Shown: positions 27,644-42,619, counted from the first letter of the whole stretch. The stretch: 63,654 bases of DNA, filler included, from Conidiobolus incongruus B7586 (GCA_000697335.1; 8 parts of 8 records of this genome joined end to end with filler, not necessarily neighbours in it), one strand, 5' to 3'. The notes: generated by a model from the letters alone, not told the origin. Numbers and translations: made by a program.

Positions 27644-30162
27644 GGTCAGTGATTACTATCCCTTTGATTTTACTGACTAAAATTAATGAGATTATAGTTT
27701 GATATTGTTGTGTCTTGTAATATATTGGTAAATAAAGATTGTTGTTGGAAAAGCACTTATAATACAATTTAGTATATTTATCGATTAATTCTGCTCTTTA
27801 ACATTTCAGGACTGTATGTCATAAAGTTGATTTACAATTGAGACATTGTAGCAGAATATCCAATTTGTTTTCTTTTTTATCACTCTTGGGTTTAGATAAT
27901 TTGTTCAGTGAATAACATAGGGTTTAGTTAAAATCTAACAAAGACAACAGAAAGTATCATTCGATTATGGACTGACAAAAACAGACTGATTTAGGAATAA
28001 TATGGACTTGACTATAAATCAACACAGACAGGTATTTTTTGAAATACAGCAATACCTTGAATTTATAATGTTTTTTGAAATTTAATAATATATGATTAAA
28101 AAATCAAGGTGTATTTTGTCTAAATTAAACATTAAAATTCATAATTCAAGATTATTTTTAATGATTTTAAATATATAATTTTTATTTACAAAAACCATAC
28201 TGATTTCATTTATTATTACTATAGTACAATTTAATTTATATTATTAATAAATTTAAAAATTAAATCAATAGACATCTCACTCAATTCATAATTTATTCTA
28301 ATTTGATATTATATAAGCATTATAATATATCAAATATATATAATATTGTTACTTATAATATTTTATTATTTTTGTCATAAATCTTTTATTATTAGAATAA
28401 CTTTATTGAATTCTATTATCTTAACTTTATATTCATAATTACAAATTAATTATTTTTATATTAAGCAATTTATATATATATCTCCTTCAATATAAATAAG
28501 GAACTAATTATTATTTCTTATACAAATATTATTATTTTTTACTAGGGAGAAGTTTTGGGAATTTAACAAACCAATTTTATATATTTTATTATTTCAGATT
28601 ATAAATTTGTAATGGATATAATATATTTTATTCTTCTTAAGATTTTCTAATAATTAATTTATATAATTATATTCTTTTTAATATATAGAATAACTTATGT
28701 AAATATAAAATATTTATTAAAACTAAAAAATTAAGCAAAATCCACTATATAATTTAGTATTGTTCAAACTAACATAATACCTTATTTAGAAAAACTCATA
28801 TCTCAGATTAATGGTTAAGCAAATATATTTAACATTTGATTTTGAATTGATACTATGATAGCTAGTTATTATTCAATTCACATATTTCATGTTGTTAAAT
28901 CTTTATCATTTTAGAATATTAGATTAAAAAATATATTATACTTTTAAATACATTACAAAATTGCTTACAAGGCAAGGCCTAATGTAATATACATAATTCA
29001 CAATATATGTATATATATTTTTTCAATAATAATATTAACTATATATTCTATTTTATTTGAATACAAACGTGAATATATTCAAATTAATATCTTAGTTAAA
29101 AATATTAAATAATTTGGAGTAAAAAAATAAAGATTTTTATACCTAAAATATATTTATCAATATTTGAATAAGTGAATAATCGAACCAAAATACGATTAAT
29201 ATTATCAGTTCATAATTCTCATTAATGTTTCAAATTGAAATGATTTTATAATTGAGAATATCAAATTGAAATTGTCAATTTGAAATAACAGTATCTTGAT
29301 ATAGAGAGATTTAAAGTAACAATATGCTTTATATATACTTGTAAAATTTCATTCATTAATTTTTATTAATATAATGAAAAGCGGTTAATAATTATAAAAC
29401 ATTTAATAAAAATACTATTATCTAATAGTAAAAAAATAAATAGAAATTATAAGTATAATGAATATATAAAGGGGTCATGATAATTATAACTATTATTAAT
29501 TAAAAATATGAAATCATATAATATATTCGTCATTGATTAGGTATTAATATAAAATAATAACTAAGTCAAATCAAACGTATTATAAATAGAATTACTTTTC
29601 AACAAAGCTATAAATCATATTTACCATATGAAATTTAACTAATATAAATGGTAAATTAAAAACAAATAAATATTTTTGGTAATAATATTATTCGACTACA
29701 ATATTATATAAGTTTTCAACTAGATATTTCAATTTCTAGGCGTGAAAATGGAAATTGATAATAATAATTTTTAATAATAATATTCTAGTTTGAAATAAAT
29801 CAAAAATAAATCAAATAAAATAAAATAATAATAACATATTCATTCACTTTATTAATACAAGCAAATATATATATATTTAAATATGAATTAAAATCTTTGT
29901 CAATTCTATTTCAATTTGGAATTAATATTACTCAACTATTTATAATTATTTTCAAATATTCAAAATAGTATATTGAAAAATATGATGATATAATATTGAA
30001 TATATATTTATTAATTTTGATATCAATAATTCATTAATTTATCTTTTAAACTAGGATTTAGAATTAATTATATTCATAATATTTATTTGTTGATATATAT
30101 AAATAAAACCTTATACTTTTTTAATTAATTTGATTAAGCATTGTTTTAATTGTTTATAAATA

Positions 30163-30688
30163 TTACCTTAAATTTGAAATAATGGGAAATTTTTTAATTT
30201 CTGATTTTTCAAATATATTATTAGTTTCAAATGAATAATTATATATAAAATAATAAGAAATTATATATTTTTAAATTATATATATATTATAATTTTTTGA
30301 TTAAAATATTAACTTTTTAAAATTGGTTATTTAATTTAATTATGCTTAAACTAAATAATAATCATCAAAAGTTTTTTATTTTAATATTAATACAGCTTAA
30401 TCATAAACCCTTTAAAATTATTTAAAATTTACAAGCAACTTTTAGTAATAAAAAATTATTTAAATCAACTATTTATTATTAGGTACACTACTCTAAAGTT
30501 AAGAAAAAAAATTATTTAAAACTTATTAAAATTTAAAAAATTAACTTCAGCTATTATATTATTAATTATTAATAGAGTAAAAAAATATATTAAAAAGCAT
30601 CTTTTTAATTTTAATTAGAGAATTATCTAAATACTTTAATATTAGGTCTATAAGTATTTTATATATATTAAAATTTAAACTCAAATTA
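30163..30688 (+). mobile_element. Mariner relic M1 (5' part, cut by gap)
   Basis: Starts TA|TTACCTTAAATTTGAAATAATGGGAAA and aligns with 44616+ and 61369+. Confidence 0.85.
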
Positions 30689-30788
30689 NNNNNNNNNNNN
30701 NNNNNNNNNNNNNNNNNNNNNNNNNNNNNNNNTTAATTAATTAANNNNNNNNNNNNNNNNNNNNNNNNNNNNNNNNNNNNNNNNNNNN
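30689..30788. other. Assembly gap with artificial six-frame-stop linker (44N-TTAATTAATTAA-44N)
   Basis: The same 100-bp spacer recurs at 40731-40830, 42294-42393, 47711-47810, 49384-49483, 59090-59189 and 61226-61325, all in or beside transposon relics. Confidence 0.97.
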
Positions 30789-33394
30789 TAAATCAAATAA
30801 AATAAAACTAAAATAAAAATAAATAATGATAATTGAAAAAAATTAATATCAGATAAAAATACCAATAATTATATAATTAATTAATTATTTTGAATAATAT
30901 TCAATTAAAATATATAAATTATTAATCAAATATATAAAACATAATTATTGTATTTACAAGTGATTATAAGTTATTATTAAAAAATTCTATGATTTTATCC
31001 ATTTTACTTATCAAGTATAGTTTATTATAATTATGATAATTATGTTAAATTAAAATTTTATTTTAAAAATAAGATTTTACAATATTTCAACAATGAATTT
31101 TGACATTATGTTGAAATAATAAGTTTTAACAAATTGTATATTACGTTTAAATAGTTAATATTTATTAAAAATTATATTAATCAAAATTATAAAACAATCA
31201 ATGTATTATTAATTTTATTTATTCGGTTTAATTTATTTTATTAAACACTTTTTAGTTAATTTTTTAATTTAAAATTAATTCTGATAATAATATTATATTT
31301 TATAGTTAGAGATACATTATATAGTTATTTGTTAAGGATATATATTCAGTTTATATTTATTTATTACTTTGAATTTATTATATGAAATGAAATTATATAT
31401 TTATAAGGTTTGATTTTTTCATTTTATTTATTTTAATAAAATATTCTCTTTAAATTAACTATAATATTAGAAATTTATTTAAAATTTAATTTTATTATTA
31501 ATATATATAGCTTTAAAAAATACTTAAAGAAATTCATAATATTTAATGAATTAATTAATATTACAACTATTAAAAAATTTTGTTCTATTCAATTAAATTT
31601 CAAATAATCAGCATGGATTTAAGTTTTATATGACATCGAATTATTATTCCAATAAATAGCCTGATTATTTTAAAATTTAATTAAATAGCATGTAATAATG
31701 TATTTTGGTTAAATCATAACTAAAATAACATAAATTTATTAAAATAAGCTAAATGAAAATATATTACTCATAATGAATTATTATTAAACTCAGAAATACT
31801 AGTATAATAGATGATTGAAATACAATAAAAATTTCAATAAATTTTGGTTCTATTGTTATAATAAATTCATTAAGAAAGTATTAAAATGACTTATTACGTC
31901 ACCTCATGTATATTAAAGGAATAATAATATCTATATCAAAATCAGGTTCCAAACATTAAGTTTATATTGTGATAGATCAAAATTATAATTTATGTGAACT
32001 GCATAATCTGTTGTAATTAATTGGATGTAAACATTTGTATACTAGTAATAAAAATGGTATTAGATAGGTAGAAAAAAAATCATTTTATATTTCACCTAGC
32101 ATATATGACACCAAATAATTCGCTTGTATTCAATTTATAATAATTAAACATTCAATTATAATAATTTTAATAAAAATCATTCAATTTGGTTTTAAATTTT
32201 AATGGTTTTTTACATATTTATTATAATTGAAAAGATCAATATTAAAATAAATTCAATGGTATATTTAAGAAGAATGTTATATTATTCAATAAAACAATAT
32301 CATGATCCTTAACATCCGAAATTACAATGCAATATGGAGATCCTACTATTGATATATGAATAGTCAATTTTCGACACAATTTATATTGAAATCGATAATA
32401 TCTTCAAAATATCATTATTTGTTATAATATTAAAGCTGGTATAAAATATATTTTCTAATATTTTATAATGTTTATACTAAATTCAAGCATATATTAATTG
32501 GATGATGTAATATATACTTTATACATAACTTCTTTCCTTTATAGGAATAAATTATTTAAAATCTTTTCCTATTAATTTTGTAAAATTTAAATTTATAATG
32601 AAATATTTATTCTATTTTGATAAAAAATTTCCAAATGCATAAGTATGCTCCTCTTTTAATTGTTTCAGCGCCTCTGCAAAAAGAACATCTAAGATAAAAT
32701 TTTAATTCAGTGTATTGTATTTTATATTTTGTTATAATTAAGATGATTTTATATAATTCTTAACTATATTGCCATAATCTTTAAATGAAATTTAATAATA
32801 TTATATTTTAAAAACTTTAATATAATTTTAAAAATAATTTCAATTAATATTTACATCATTTTAATATTTTAAAATTTTAAAAAGAGGCTAATATTGATTA
32901 AATACATAGATTACCCCATATAAATGTATTATATTTTTAAATTATTTAGAAACTTAATTGCCTAATTAATCGAATTTAATTTGAATAAATATTTTATTAA
33001 ATTTTTAAAATAGCCGAATTTACTTATAAATATTACTTTTAATTATATTAGATAATAAAATAATTTATATTATATATAGGATATATTTATACTGTTCTAT
33101 TTTACTAGAAAATTTGGAAACTTTAAAATTTTATTTTTGATTATACATATATGTATAATTGAATTGACATCCAAGGTTTATATTGCAACAATATTTATAG
33201 CCAAAATTATTAAAATTAAATATTAAATTAGTATTATCATTCGGTATTAATATCACCACTAGATGTTGGTTACAACGTAATTAAGTCGATCTAGAATATT
33301 AAGCATGAAAAAAAATTATAACCTCATATAAATAATTGACAGTAAGGTTAACGAGGTTTTTACAAATAAAAATTTATAAATCATTTCTTTAAAA

Positions 33395-34750
33395 ATGACA
33401 TCTGAAGAATCTGAATCAAGGGGATTTGTATTTAGAGCAACTGTTAGGACTATTCATTATGGATTCACATCTTTAGTTGGACAACCTTTACAAGCAGTGC
33501 GAAAAGAAACCAATCTATTATTTGGTCGACCACCAGCAGGGGTCATTAAAAAGATAGAATTTGTACCTGATTACTTTCGCGAATTGGCCCATAAAATGAT
33601 TAGAAATTATAGTTTGAAAGTATATAACTCTTATCCAGGAGTACATGACGAAGATTTCACCAAGCAAGAGCCTTTAAAATTAAAATATTTACAATCTTCT
33701 TTTGATTTTAATAATGAAAAATTATTTTATTATATTCCAGGAGGTGGTTTCTTTATTGGACAACCTGAGAATTATTTTATACCTTTATCCTATTTCGCTA
33801 AACATTCCAACTCAATAGTGGCTACTATTCAATATCGATATATCCCTGAGCATTGCGTTATTGCAAGTTTGGAAGATTCACTTGCCGGATATCTTTATTT
33901 TATATCACCTATTGATAAAGGAGGAAAGGGAGTGAAATCATCCAATATTGTTATTGGCGGTGACAGCGCTGGTGGTGGAATTGCCAAGATGATCAACCAC
34001 TTCCTTCGCAATACTTTTCAACCACAACCTGCTGGCACCCTCTTGTGGTCACCAAATGTAGATTTGACAAGTTCACAACCAAGCGAGTTAATCATGGGAG
34101 ATCATTGTATTCTCCCCGGACCACTTTCAAAGCCCATTGTAGATAAAAACTTGAAAATTGAGTCCAAATTCTGGGCAATCCCATATCTGGGTACAGATCC
34201 TATAAATAGACTCAAGATGGCTGAGGACGGATCAGTATTTGGTCCAAAACACATCACCTACTGGCCGCTTCTAAGTCCAATGCTCGATCCAGATCTTTCT
34301 AATCTACCCCCAACTTTGATTATTGCTGGTGAGAAGGATACTTATAGAGACATGCCAGTATTATATTCAAAAAGATCTTTTCCATTTAACCAAAATAGCA
34401 AATCAATTATTCCTCCTTTGACGCTTCATATATATGAAGAAATGCCTCATGATTTCCATATCGTTCCACTTTCACCATTCACTGACCTCTCCTTGGAGCG
34501 AGCTTCAAACTTTATTAAAGTTTTGCACTCGCCTCCAGAATCCATCAAACCACCATATACTATTCAAGATACTATTACAGCATCCAAATTCGGTAAGATA
34601 CCTGAATTGGCAAAGGACAGGTTTCAAGCATATTTCCAATCTGAAAATTCATTACCTAGGCCTTTTGAACCTAATTATGAGCAGAATCCAGTGCCAGTTT
34701 GGGATTGGGGTACTACTAATCCGTTTGTTAATTGGACGATGCTCATTTAA
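33395..34750 (+). CDS. Alpha/beta-hydrolase, hormone-sensitive-lipase (Abhydrolase_3) type esterase
   Basis: YIPGGGF oxyanion loop, GGDSAGG nucleophile elbow, LPPTLIIAGEKD and EEMPHDF; intronless, 451 aa. Confidence 0.88.
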   Translation: MTSEESESRGFVFRATVRTIHYGFTSLVGQPLQAVRKETNLLFGRPPAGVIKKIEFVPDYFRELAHKMIRNYSLKVYNSYPGVHDEDFTKQEPLKLKYLQSSFDFNNEKLFYYIPGGGFFIGQPENYFIPLSYFAKHSNSIVATIQYRYIPEHCVIASLEDSLAGYLYFISPIDKGGKGVKSSNIVIGGDSAGGGIAKMINHFLRNTFQPQPAGTLLWSPNVDLTSSQPSELIMGDHCILPGPLSKPIVDKNLKIESKFWAIPYLGTDPINRLKMAEDGSVFGPKHITYWPLLSPMLDPDLSNLPPTLIIAGEKDTYRDMPVLYSKRSFPFNQNSKSIIPPLTLHIYEEMPHDFHIVPLSPFTDLSLERASNFIKVLHSPPESIKPPYTIQDTITASKFGKIPELAKDRFQAYFQSENSLPRPFEPNYEQNPVPVWDWGTTNPFVNWTMLI

Positions 34751-37207
34751 ATATATGAATATGGTTTATGTATAATTGTATATTTTTAATTTTCAATAAG
34801 TATTAATGTATTAAGATTTTAGTAATAAAAAAAATCATAACTATTGAACATTCAAGTTTAGCAAATTGATTATTGATATATTTCATTATTATTAAATAAT
34901 TTTTATTTGTTATTTTAATAAATTTATAATATAATGTCATCTATAGTTTTAAATGAATATAATATATCACAAAATCATAGCTATGTGTGATATTTTATAC
35001 AACAAAATGTTCAATTGCTAATTGAGTTTGAGTTAATTATATAGGTGAATTATTTTCAATTTGAATTACAATATATTTATCCTCAATCAGAGGATATATT
35101 TTGAAAATTTATTAAACCTTGTAAAATAATAAATTGTTTTTTATATATAATTTATTAGAATATTTTAATATACATATTCTTATGAATTTTTATAAGCGTG
35201 AATTGTAAACTATTTTAATTAAATACTCAAATTATAACAAGTTCAAAAAATTAAGTCTTAAAATGGTTTATATCTTAATTGTGATAAATTTCAAATAAGG
35301 TTATGTGAAAACAATAATTTATTCGTATGTATTAATAATATAAAAATAATATATGTATATATATGAATCGAAATTCAATTTCTATAAAGTATCATCAGTA
35401 ATAGATTTAACATATAAATAATTTCAAAATCTGATTCTAAAAATTATATCAAAATAAAAACGATTCTTGGAGAATAAAGACTGATAAACCAATCAATATG
35501 TCAATAAGAAAACGTTCAATTTTCCTTAGAAAAATAATATACAAATACCAAATAATTTGAAATTTTCTTATAATAGTTTGATTATTTTTTCAAAATGCAA
35601 ATTATAGAATTATCGTATGAATTTGCATCCTTTATTTATTATTCTCAAATAAATGAAAGAATCATTTAATTTAGGGTGATTGACTAAAATATATTTTTTT
35701 GGATAATTGTAATATTATATATCATTGAGGAATAACTGATCAAATATTCTATAGTTGATAAAAACTAGTTAATAAGGTTGGATAAATTTAAATTTAGATT
35801 GAATTTAGAATATTAAAATTTCTAAACTAGTTTTATCATGTGAGACATCTTAAATGATCATAGAGTATAAATAAATAAAATTCCAAGCATAATATTCAAT
35901 ATTTAAAATCAATCTTAATAATTGGTATTATAATGATATATAATTGTAATTAAGATAATAATTATTTACATTATATTTCCAATTCTAGTTTTTTGAAAAG
36001 CAAATTGTATTAAAAGTCTAAATTCAAATTTTTGTAAATACAGTAACCAACCTGAAATTTGTCCTATAATCCATTAAAGAGCAAATTAAATTAGTTGCAT
36101 ATACCAAATTGAATTTTAAAAACTTATTTATAAAGATAATTTAATAGTTAACTACATATTTAATCAAGTAATATTTTCATATAAAAGATGCTTTATTAAT
36201 CTGAAATTTTGAAATTTAATTAAATAAATACATATTTTGAACAAATTATTAGATGAATATATTATGGTTTCAAACTAAAAGCGATATTCAAGTTGTGAAA
36301 TTAAGTGGATTAAATTAAGAATTCATTTTTAGGTACTGTAAGAGATAATGAAATACATTTTCGCGTTTTAAAATTACCAATCCATTAACAAATCATAATA
36401 AAAGTATTCTCATTCTTTTTGAATTGAATATTATTTCAATATCAGTTAATTATTGGTATATATCCTAATACAGTTCTATATATATTATATAATATAGTAA
36501 ACAAGCTGATTTATCTATTTAAACTATATAAGTTTTGAAATATAGTATTTATTATTATAACACTTAATTATATTATAATTTCTAAATTTATTTAATTATG
36601 TCGAATTTAATAAATACTAAATGATTGGTTTGGTATTAATTCATTTTCTCATCATTTTAATCAATGATAGAGATTAAAAAATATTAAAATTGACGTATTT
36701 TAAGTCAATATTATTAAATTTAGGTATTAAAACTAATAAATCTCAGTTTGCTCTCTTTCTTTCACCTTATCACAAGGTGATTTGATCATTTTTCTCTCTT
36801 ATTGTATTTTGGACCTATCGACTGTATTTGTAAGCTGTTTTTGAAGTGCTTTTATTTATTTTGACTAATTGTTTGATATAGCGTGTTTATTTTCTATTAT
36901 TTTATCTTTAATTGATCTTCCGTGTATTTTAATTTGTCAGGTAACGTACGATTCTAAAGATCTTACTATTGTTTTATATCTAAACTTTAAATGATCTCTA
37001 TGTCTTTTAATGATTCAGAATCACGCATAATTTCTGAATTAGTTTAATTGTTTTGAATTAATTTTAAATAATAATATTTTTATGCTTATTAATCCTTTTG
37101 ACTATTTATATATTTGATATCTTATTCCTATAGTTATTTCAAAACATATTTATATTAAGTATTTTAGGGTGAATTCATACTATAAAGATAATTCTTTATT
37201 AGATCAG

Positions 37208-38593
37208 ATGAATAAACAAGATTACAATAAAGAGAATGAGGTGAAGAACACTCGTAAAGTTACTAGCCTTTACGAAATTGGGAAATCTAGTTTAATTGCG
37301 GTTAATAGCAAGAACGTTAACAAGCCCCTAAAAGTTCATAATAGAGATGCCGAATTAGAAAATTTACCAACTAAACACTTTATACACGGCCATAAAAAAA
37401 ATCCTTCAATTACTAGCATTCAGCCTAATCAAGCTAAGGACTCAATTAAATCAAAATCTCAGCCTGGTAATACAACCCAGACAGAAACATTTTCTGTTTA
37501 CCAGGATTCGGTAGCTACAGAACAGGAACCAGTAGAAAAAAGCAAGCCTGAATTAGCTTCCGATAATGAAGAGAATATAGCGCCAAAGCCCAGGCCGAAT
37601 TCACCGTCCAAGCGCCCAACAAAACGTCCAGTATCAGCTATATTACGAGCCATTTCTTCCGAGACTAGGGCTCTTACTGAGTTATTGGATGCAACTACCA
37701 TCCAACAAGCTGAGAAGGAATTAGAAGATCAAAACCCTGACGAGATCAACGATCCAGCTATGGAGGTAACATATGCACAGGACATCATTATCAACTGGAT
37801 GGAGACTGAAATTAAATGTCTTCCATCGCCCAATTTTTTGAGCAATCAGCCCCATATCACCGAGGGAATGCGTGTCAAGCAGATTGATTGGATGATTGGA
37901 TTTCATACGAGAAATAAGTTCAATGCTGAGTCTCTTCACCTTGCCATTAACATTATGGATCGCTTCCTCAGTGGCCCTACGCTCACTGAGACCAGGTTAC
38001 ATTTGGTTGCATTCACCAGCTTATGGCTTGCATTCAAATATGAGGAGATAGCTTATCCTAGACTTGACGACATGATCCCATTCGCGCTTGAACCAATTAC
38101 TAAGGAGGAGGTACTCAAGTGTGAAGTGTATCTTGTCACTCAACTTGAAGGTGATTTAAATTATCCCAGTCCTCTCTTATTCTTGCGACGATATTCTAAA
38201 GCTGACAATTATGATGTCAAAGCTAGAACCTATGCCAAATTCTTCATCGAGCTCTCCTTACTCGACTACGAAATATGCCAACAGCGTCCTAGCATCATTG
38301 CAGCCACAAGTTTGTATATGGCACAATACATTCTTGGACGTCGTGAATGGACCTCCAAGCACATTTATCTCAGTAGCTATACTGAAAAACAATTGATCCC
38401 CTTTGCCAAAGTGCTCGTCAATATCTTAGCCAATGACAAGATCCAATCCCCCAGTTTTGAGGACAAGTTCAATCATTCTAGTCAATTCTATGCCAATCAA
38501 CTTTGTAGACAATTCGTAAAATCGAAAAAGTCTCAGCTTAAAAGTCATAAAATTAATAAGTCGAAGGACCTGAATAGCCAAGTCAGTATTTAA
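37208..38593 (+). CDS. B-type (G2/M) cyclin
   Basis: Cyclin box MRVKQIDWM...LHLAINIMDRFL, FKYEEI and FLRRYSKAD. Disordered N-terminus with a KEN box (NKENE) and RxxL (RALTEL). First ATG is 37208 (the track start is GTG); a probable 5'-UTR intron runs 36941-37167. Confidence 0.92.
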   Translation: MNKQDYNKENEVKNTRKVTSLYEIGKSSLIAVNSKNVNKPLKVHNRDAELENLPTKHFIHGHKKNPSITSIQPNQAKDSIKSKSQPGNTTQTETFSVYQDSVATEQEPVEKSKPELASDNEENIAPKPRPNSPSKRPTKRPVSAILRAISSETRALTELLDATTIQQAEKELEDQNPDEINDPAMEVTYAQDIIINWMETEIKCLPSPNFLSNQPHITEGMRVKQIDWMIGFHTRNKFNAESLHLAINIMDRFLSGPTLTETRLHLVAFTSLWLAFKYEEIAYPRLDDMIPFALEPITKEEVLKCEVYLVTQLEGDLNYPSPLLFLRRYSKADNYDVKARTYAKFFIELSLLDYEICQQRPSIIAATSLYMAQYILGRREWTSKHIYLSSYTEKQLIPFAKVLVNILANDKIQSPSFEDKFNHSSQFYANQLCRQFVKSKKSQLKSHKINKSKDLNSQVSI

Positions 38594-39559
38594 TTCTTCG
38601 ACTATGATTACCACTTTGCATCTGGTAGCAAAAAATATTATATATATTAATATATAAATCTGTAATATTACATACAATTTGAGTTTAATATTTTAATTTC
38701 AAATTATATTCTTTATTTGATGTGATAATTGTAAAAGTGTAAATATATTTTTAAATTTCGAAACTAAGATGGGAATATGTTTATGTAATGTGATTTAATG
38801 GTGGGTAGCAAAATTTGACACTTTAGGTTTTAAGTTATAATTGTGCAACAAAAAGTATTAAAAATTACCAATATTACGAATTGATATATTTTAGCTAAAT
38901 TAAACAAACGTGGCATTCAGTATTAAACTCATACGTTCATTACATCAAATTATAATCAATAACGATGCTCAACAGGATAAATATCTTTACAGAAACTTTT
39001 GTCAATTCATTTTAACCTTAATATTTTTCTCCAATGTAATATCAACTTTTGTATATATTAATATTTTACTAAATGTTGTATTTTGATTTATAATTTTATA
39101 ACATATTGTAAAACTAATATAAGATTTATAAAAGCTAATCTCTACCATTCAATCTATGTATTCATAGTTTTTTTATTTGTTAGCGAAGTTACTTGGGTGC
39201 TTTCCCTAACAATACAAAGTTATATAAAATTCATGTGAATGCTCTGTTATTAGCTTTAATTGACCTAATTTTTCCAATGTTTATGATTAATACATTCTTT
39301 CAAAAATAATTTGTTTACTAAACTCTAGTGTAGAAGACAATATAACAGATTTTTACTTCACTAAATATTATCAAGTTTGCAATTTACGCTAAATTTTATT
39401 TTTTTTAATGGTATGAATATTGAGAAATGTTTTTGATTAATATATTCAAACCAAGTAAAATTAAAAAATTGAATTTTTTTTCAAAACCTATAGAATATTT
39501 TATTTAAAATTGTATATTAATATAGAAATTAACTAATGCAAAAATTTTAAAATTAAAAT

Positions 39560-40730
39560 TAAATAAATTATTAATATATGATTAATAAAAATTAATACAC
39601 TATATAAAGTTAATATTCTTTTATTATTAATAACTCTTTACTATACTTTTAGCAATCTAATAACTCTTAAAAAAAGGTCTTTTTATTATAGCTTGAAATT
39701 TAATGTTTTACAATCTAATTTAATTTGTTTATAGTAATTTCTTCCTTATAAGAATATTTTTTTAATTGACTAAAGTAATTATAATCATATAGGTTGTAAT
39801 CTAGTAAATATATTAAATATAGTGATTTTTTTTAAATTTTTTGATAGAAAATCTTTATAATTTTAACTTTATGTATTTAAACTATTATATAAAATAATTA
39901 ATATCTTTAATTTATAATTAAAAATTATTGTATTGAAAATTTATTAAATAATATATTATTATTTTACTTGTTTTTAAAAACTAAATACAAAATTATGTAA
40001 TATTATAATATATTATAATATTAATATTTGTTTATTAGAATTTATAATAGGATTGTTTTAATTTAACCTAATATTTTTAATTTTTTAATAAAATATTATA
40101 TAAAATAATTTAAGATTTATTAATTATAGTAATTAATGATAAAAACCTATTTTTTAGCGATATTTTAATAGAATTTATTTTAGTTATTTTAATTTTTTTG
40201 AGCTTCTGTTAAATAATATGATATTTGTATTGTATTCTTATGAATTAATCCAAGCTTAAATATTATATACAAAATATAGTTTTCTATTTGATATTGAAAT
40301 ACCTAGATAATTCTTTGATTAAATGAAAAAGTATTTTTTGATATATTTTTTATTTTAAATTTACGTAAAAAAACCATAACTGAAATCAACTCTTTAATTA
40401 TAGATATATTTTCAATAATATTCTCTTTAAATTTAAATTAACAAAAATATTGATAAATAATAGTTTGAAATATAGTATTATTTATATAATTATTTACAAA
40501 TCTTAAATAAATTTAAAATATATAAGGTTAAATATTAAAAATATTAAAATAATAAACTTTGAATAGCTATTTTGTTTATATATAGTAATTTAACCTTATA
40601 TTATTGATTAAAATTAACTTGGTAATAGAATAATTAATATATATATATATATTATTTCAAAATATTAAATCTTTTAAATATTATATAATTAATTATTTAT
40701 TAAAAATAAATAGTATTTTCAAAAAAATTA
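39560..40730 (-). mobile_element. Diverged mariner relic M5
   Basis: Reverse complement is collinear with M3 (e.g. CTAGATTACAACCTATATGATTAT corresponds to the SPDYNPCDY region). Ends approximate. Confidence 0.7.
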
Positions 40731-40830
40731 NNNNNNNNNNNNNNNNNNNNNNNNNNNNNNNNNNNNNNNNNNNNTTAATTAATTAANNNNNNNNNNNNNN
40801 NNNNNNNNNNNNNNNNNNNNNNNNNNNNNN

Positions 40831-42268
40831 ATTTATAATTAAATATATTTGATCTAATTATATTAACTTTTAATTAATATATTAAAATTTAAATTTTATA
40901 TAAGATAAGTCATAAATTTATGTATTTTAGTTTTAAAAAGGAAATTAAAACTTAGTATATTTATCTTTTGCTTTTTTAAATTTCTTAAGTTTATAAGGTA
41001 TAAAGTCAACTAACTTTTTATATTAAAAAGGATTAATTTTGTTCTAAGCTTTTTAAATATAATTCTAAAGCTTATTTAAATTTTTTACTGATAGGAAAGC
41101 TTTAACTATTTTTTTTAACTAATCCCAAAAATATTCAATTAGATTAAGGTTAAAGGATTAAAAAAGCCACTTTATAAGTATTATTTTATTATTTTTAAAC
41201 CATTTGGTAATAGAAATAATAGTATAGCAAAGGGTATTATCTTATTGGAAAATAACATTTGATTTATTTAACCCATACTATTTAATAGTTTTTTTAATTT
41301 ATTATCTAAAATATTTTAATATATTTCAATATTAATTCTTTTATTAATTTTATAAAAATACTTTATACCAAAAGATAACATATATCCTTAAATTATAATT
41401 AACCTATTATTATATTTTTTGGTTGAAATAATATAATATTTATAAAATAGTTTTTTTTATCAAATCTATTAAAATATATTTTTGTTTCTTTAAATTAGAT
41501 AACCTTACTCTAATTAATGTTGGTTTAACTTTAGTGGTGATATTTAAATTCCCACCTAACTTTATAATGGGACTTTTTTAGTTAAAGATGTTTTTTCTTA
41601 AAATGTAAGCAATATCTATTATAATATAAAATATATATAATAATATCAATACTAACTAATATTCTTATATAGTTTTATAATTTTTTCTTTACTTTTATAA
41701 TAATATTATACTTACTTATATTAATTAACCTATAAATATATCTTTTATCATATTTATTTATAATTCTAATATACTTAAGTTTAAGTTTAAATATATCCTT
41801 ACTATAATTTTTAATAGCTATAATTATAATAAACTAGCTAACACTAGTAATTCCAGCAATTTTATAAGTTAATTTACCTTCACCATAAAATTGATTAATA
41901 TATAAATAAATCTTTTTAGAGAGGGATTTAAGCATTTTAATATTAATATTATTTAATTAATAATTTAAAATAATAATATTAGTATCTATATAAATAATTT
42001 AATATAAGAAAAAAAGATTAAAGTTATTTTTGTTTTATATACCCCTTTAACTTATAAACCCACAGATTTATAACTTACCTTGTTTAAAATTTAAGATTTA
42101 ATATATTAACCAATAATATATTAAATATAATTGAATATAACCTATTATAATTATGTAATATACCTTAATTATATATTTTAATTTAAATTAATTTAGTTAA
42201 AAATTATTTAAGTTACAGATAAATATATAAATGATTTTTATTTTATAACTCACTTTTGCAAATTAATA
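40831..42268 (-). mobile_element. Tc1 (DD34E) relic copy A, cut by gap
   Basis: Collinear with copy D. Terminal repeat ...ACTCACTTTTGCAAATTAATA|TA at 42268; retains the transposase ATG at 41935. Confidence 0.9.
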
Positions 42269-42619
42269 TATATATATATATATATATATAATTNNNNNNN
42301 NNNNNNNNNNNNNNNNNNNNNNNNNNNNNNNNNNNNNTTAATTAATTAANNNNNNNNNNNNNNNNNNNNNNNNNNNNNNNNNNNNNNNNNNNNTATATCA
42401 AAAAATATAAATAAATTTATTATTCAAAATAAATTATTATATTATTAATATAAAAAAGTACTAATTATATAATTTTATATATAAATTTAATTATTTTTAA
42501 ATAAATATTAATTCATTTTTATAATCAAATTACTATTATGGTTAGGTCTATTAATTAACTTTTTATCTTTAATTTTGTTTAATAATATAAAGTATGTTGA
42601 CTTTTTAAGTCGAGTGCTG

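Noticed and set aside
30733..30744. TTAATTAATTAA repeated seven times between N runs
   Set aside because: Artificial six-frame-stop scaffold linker in fixed 100-bp gaps, not biological. Order and distance across these gaps are uncertain.
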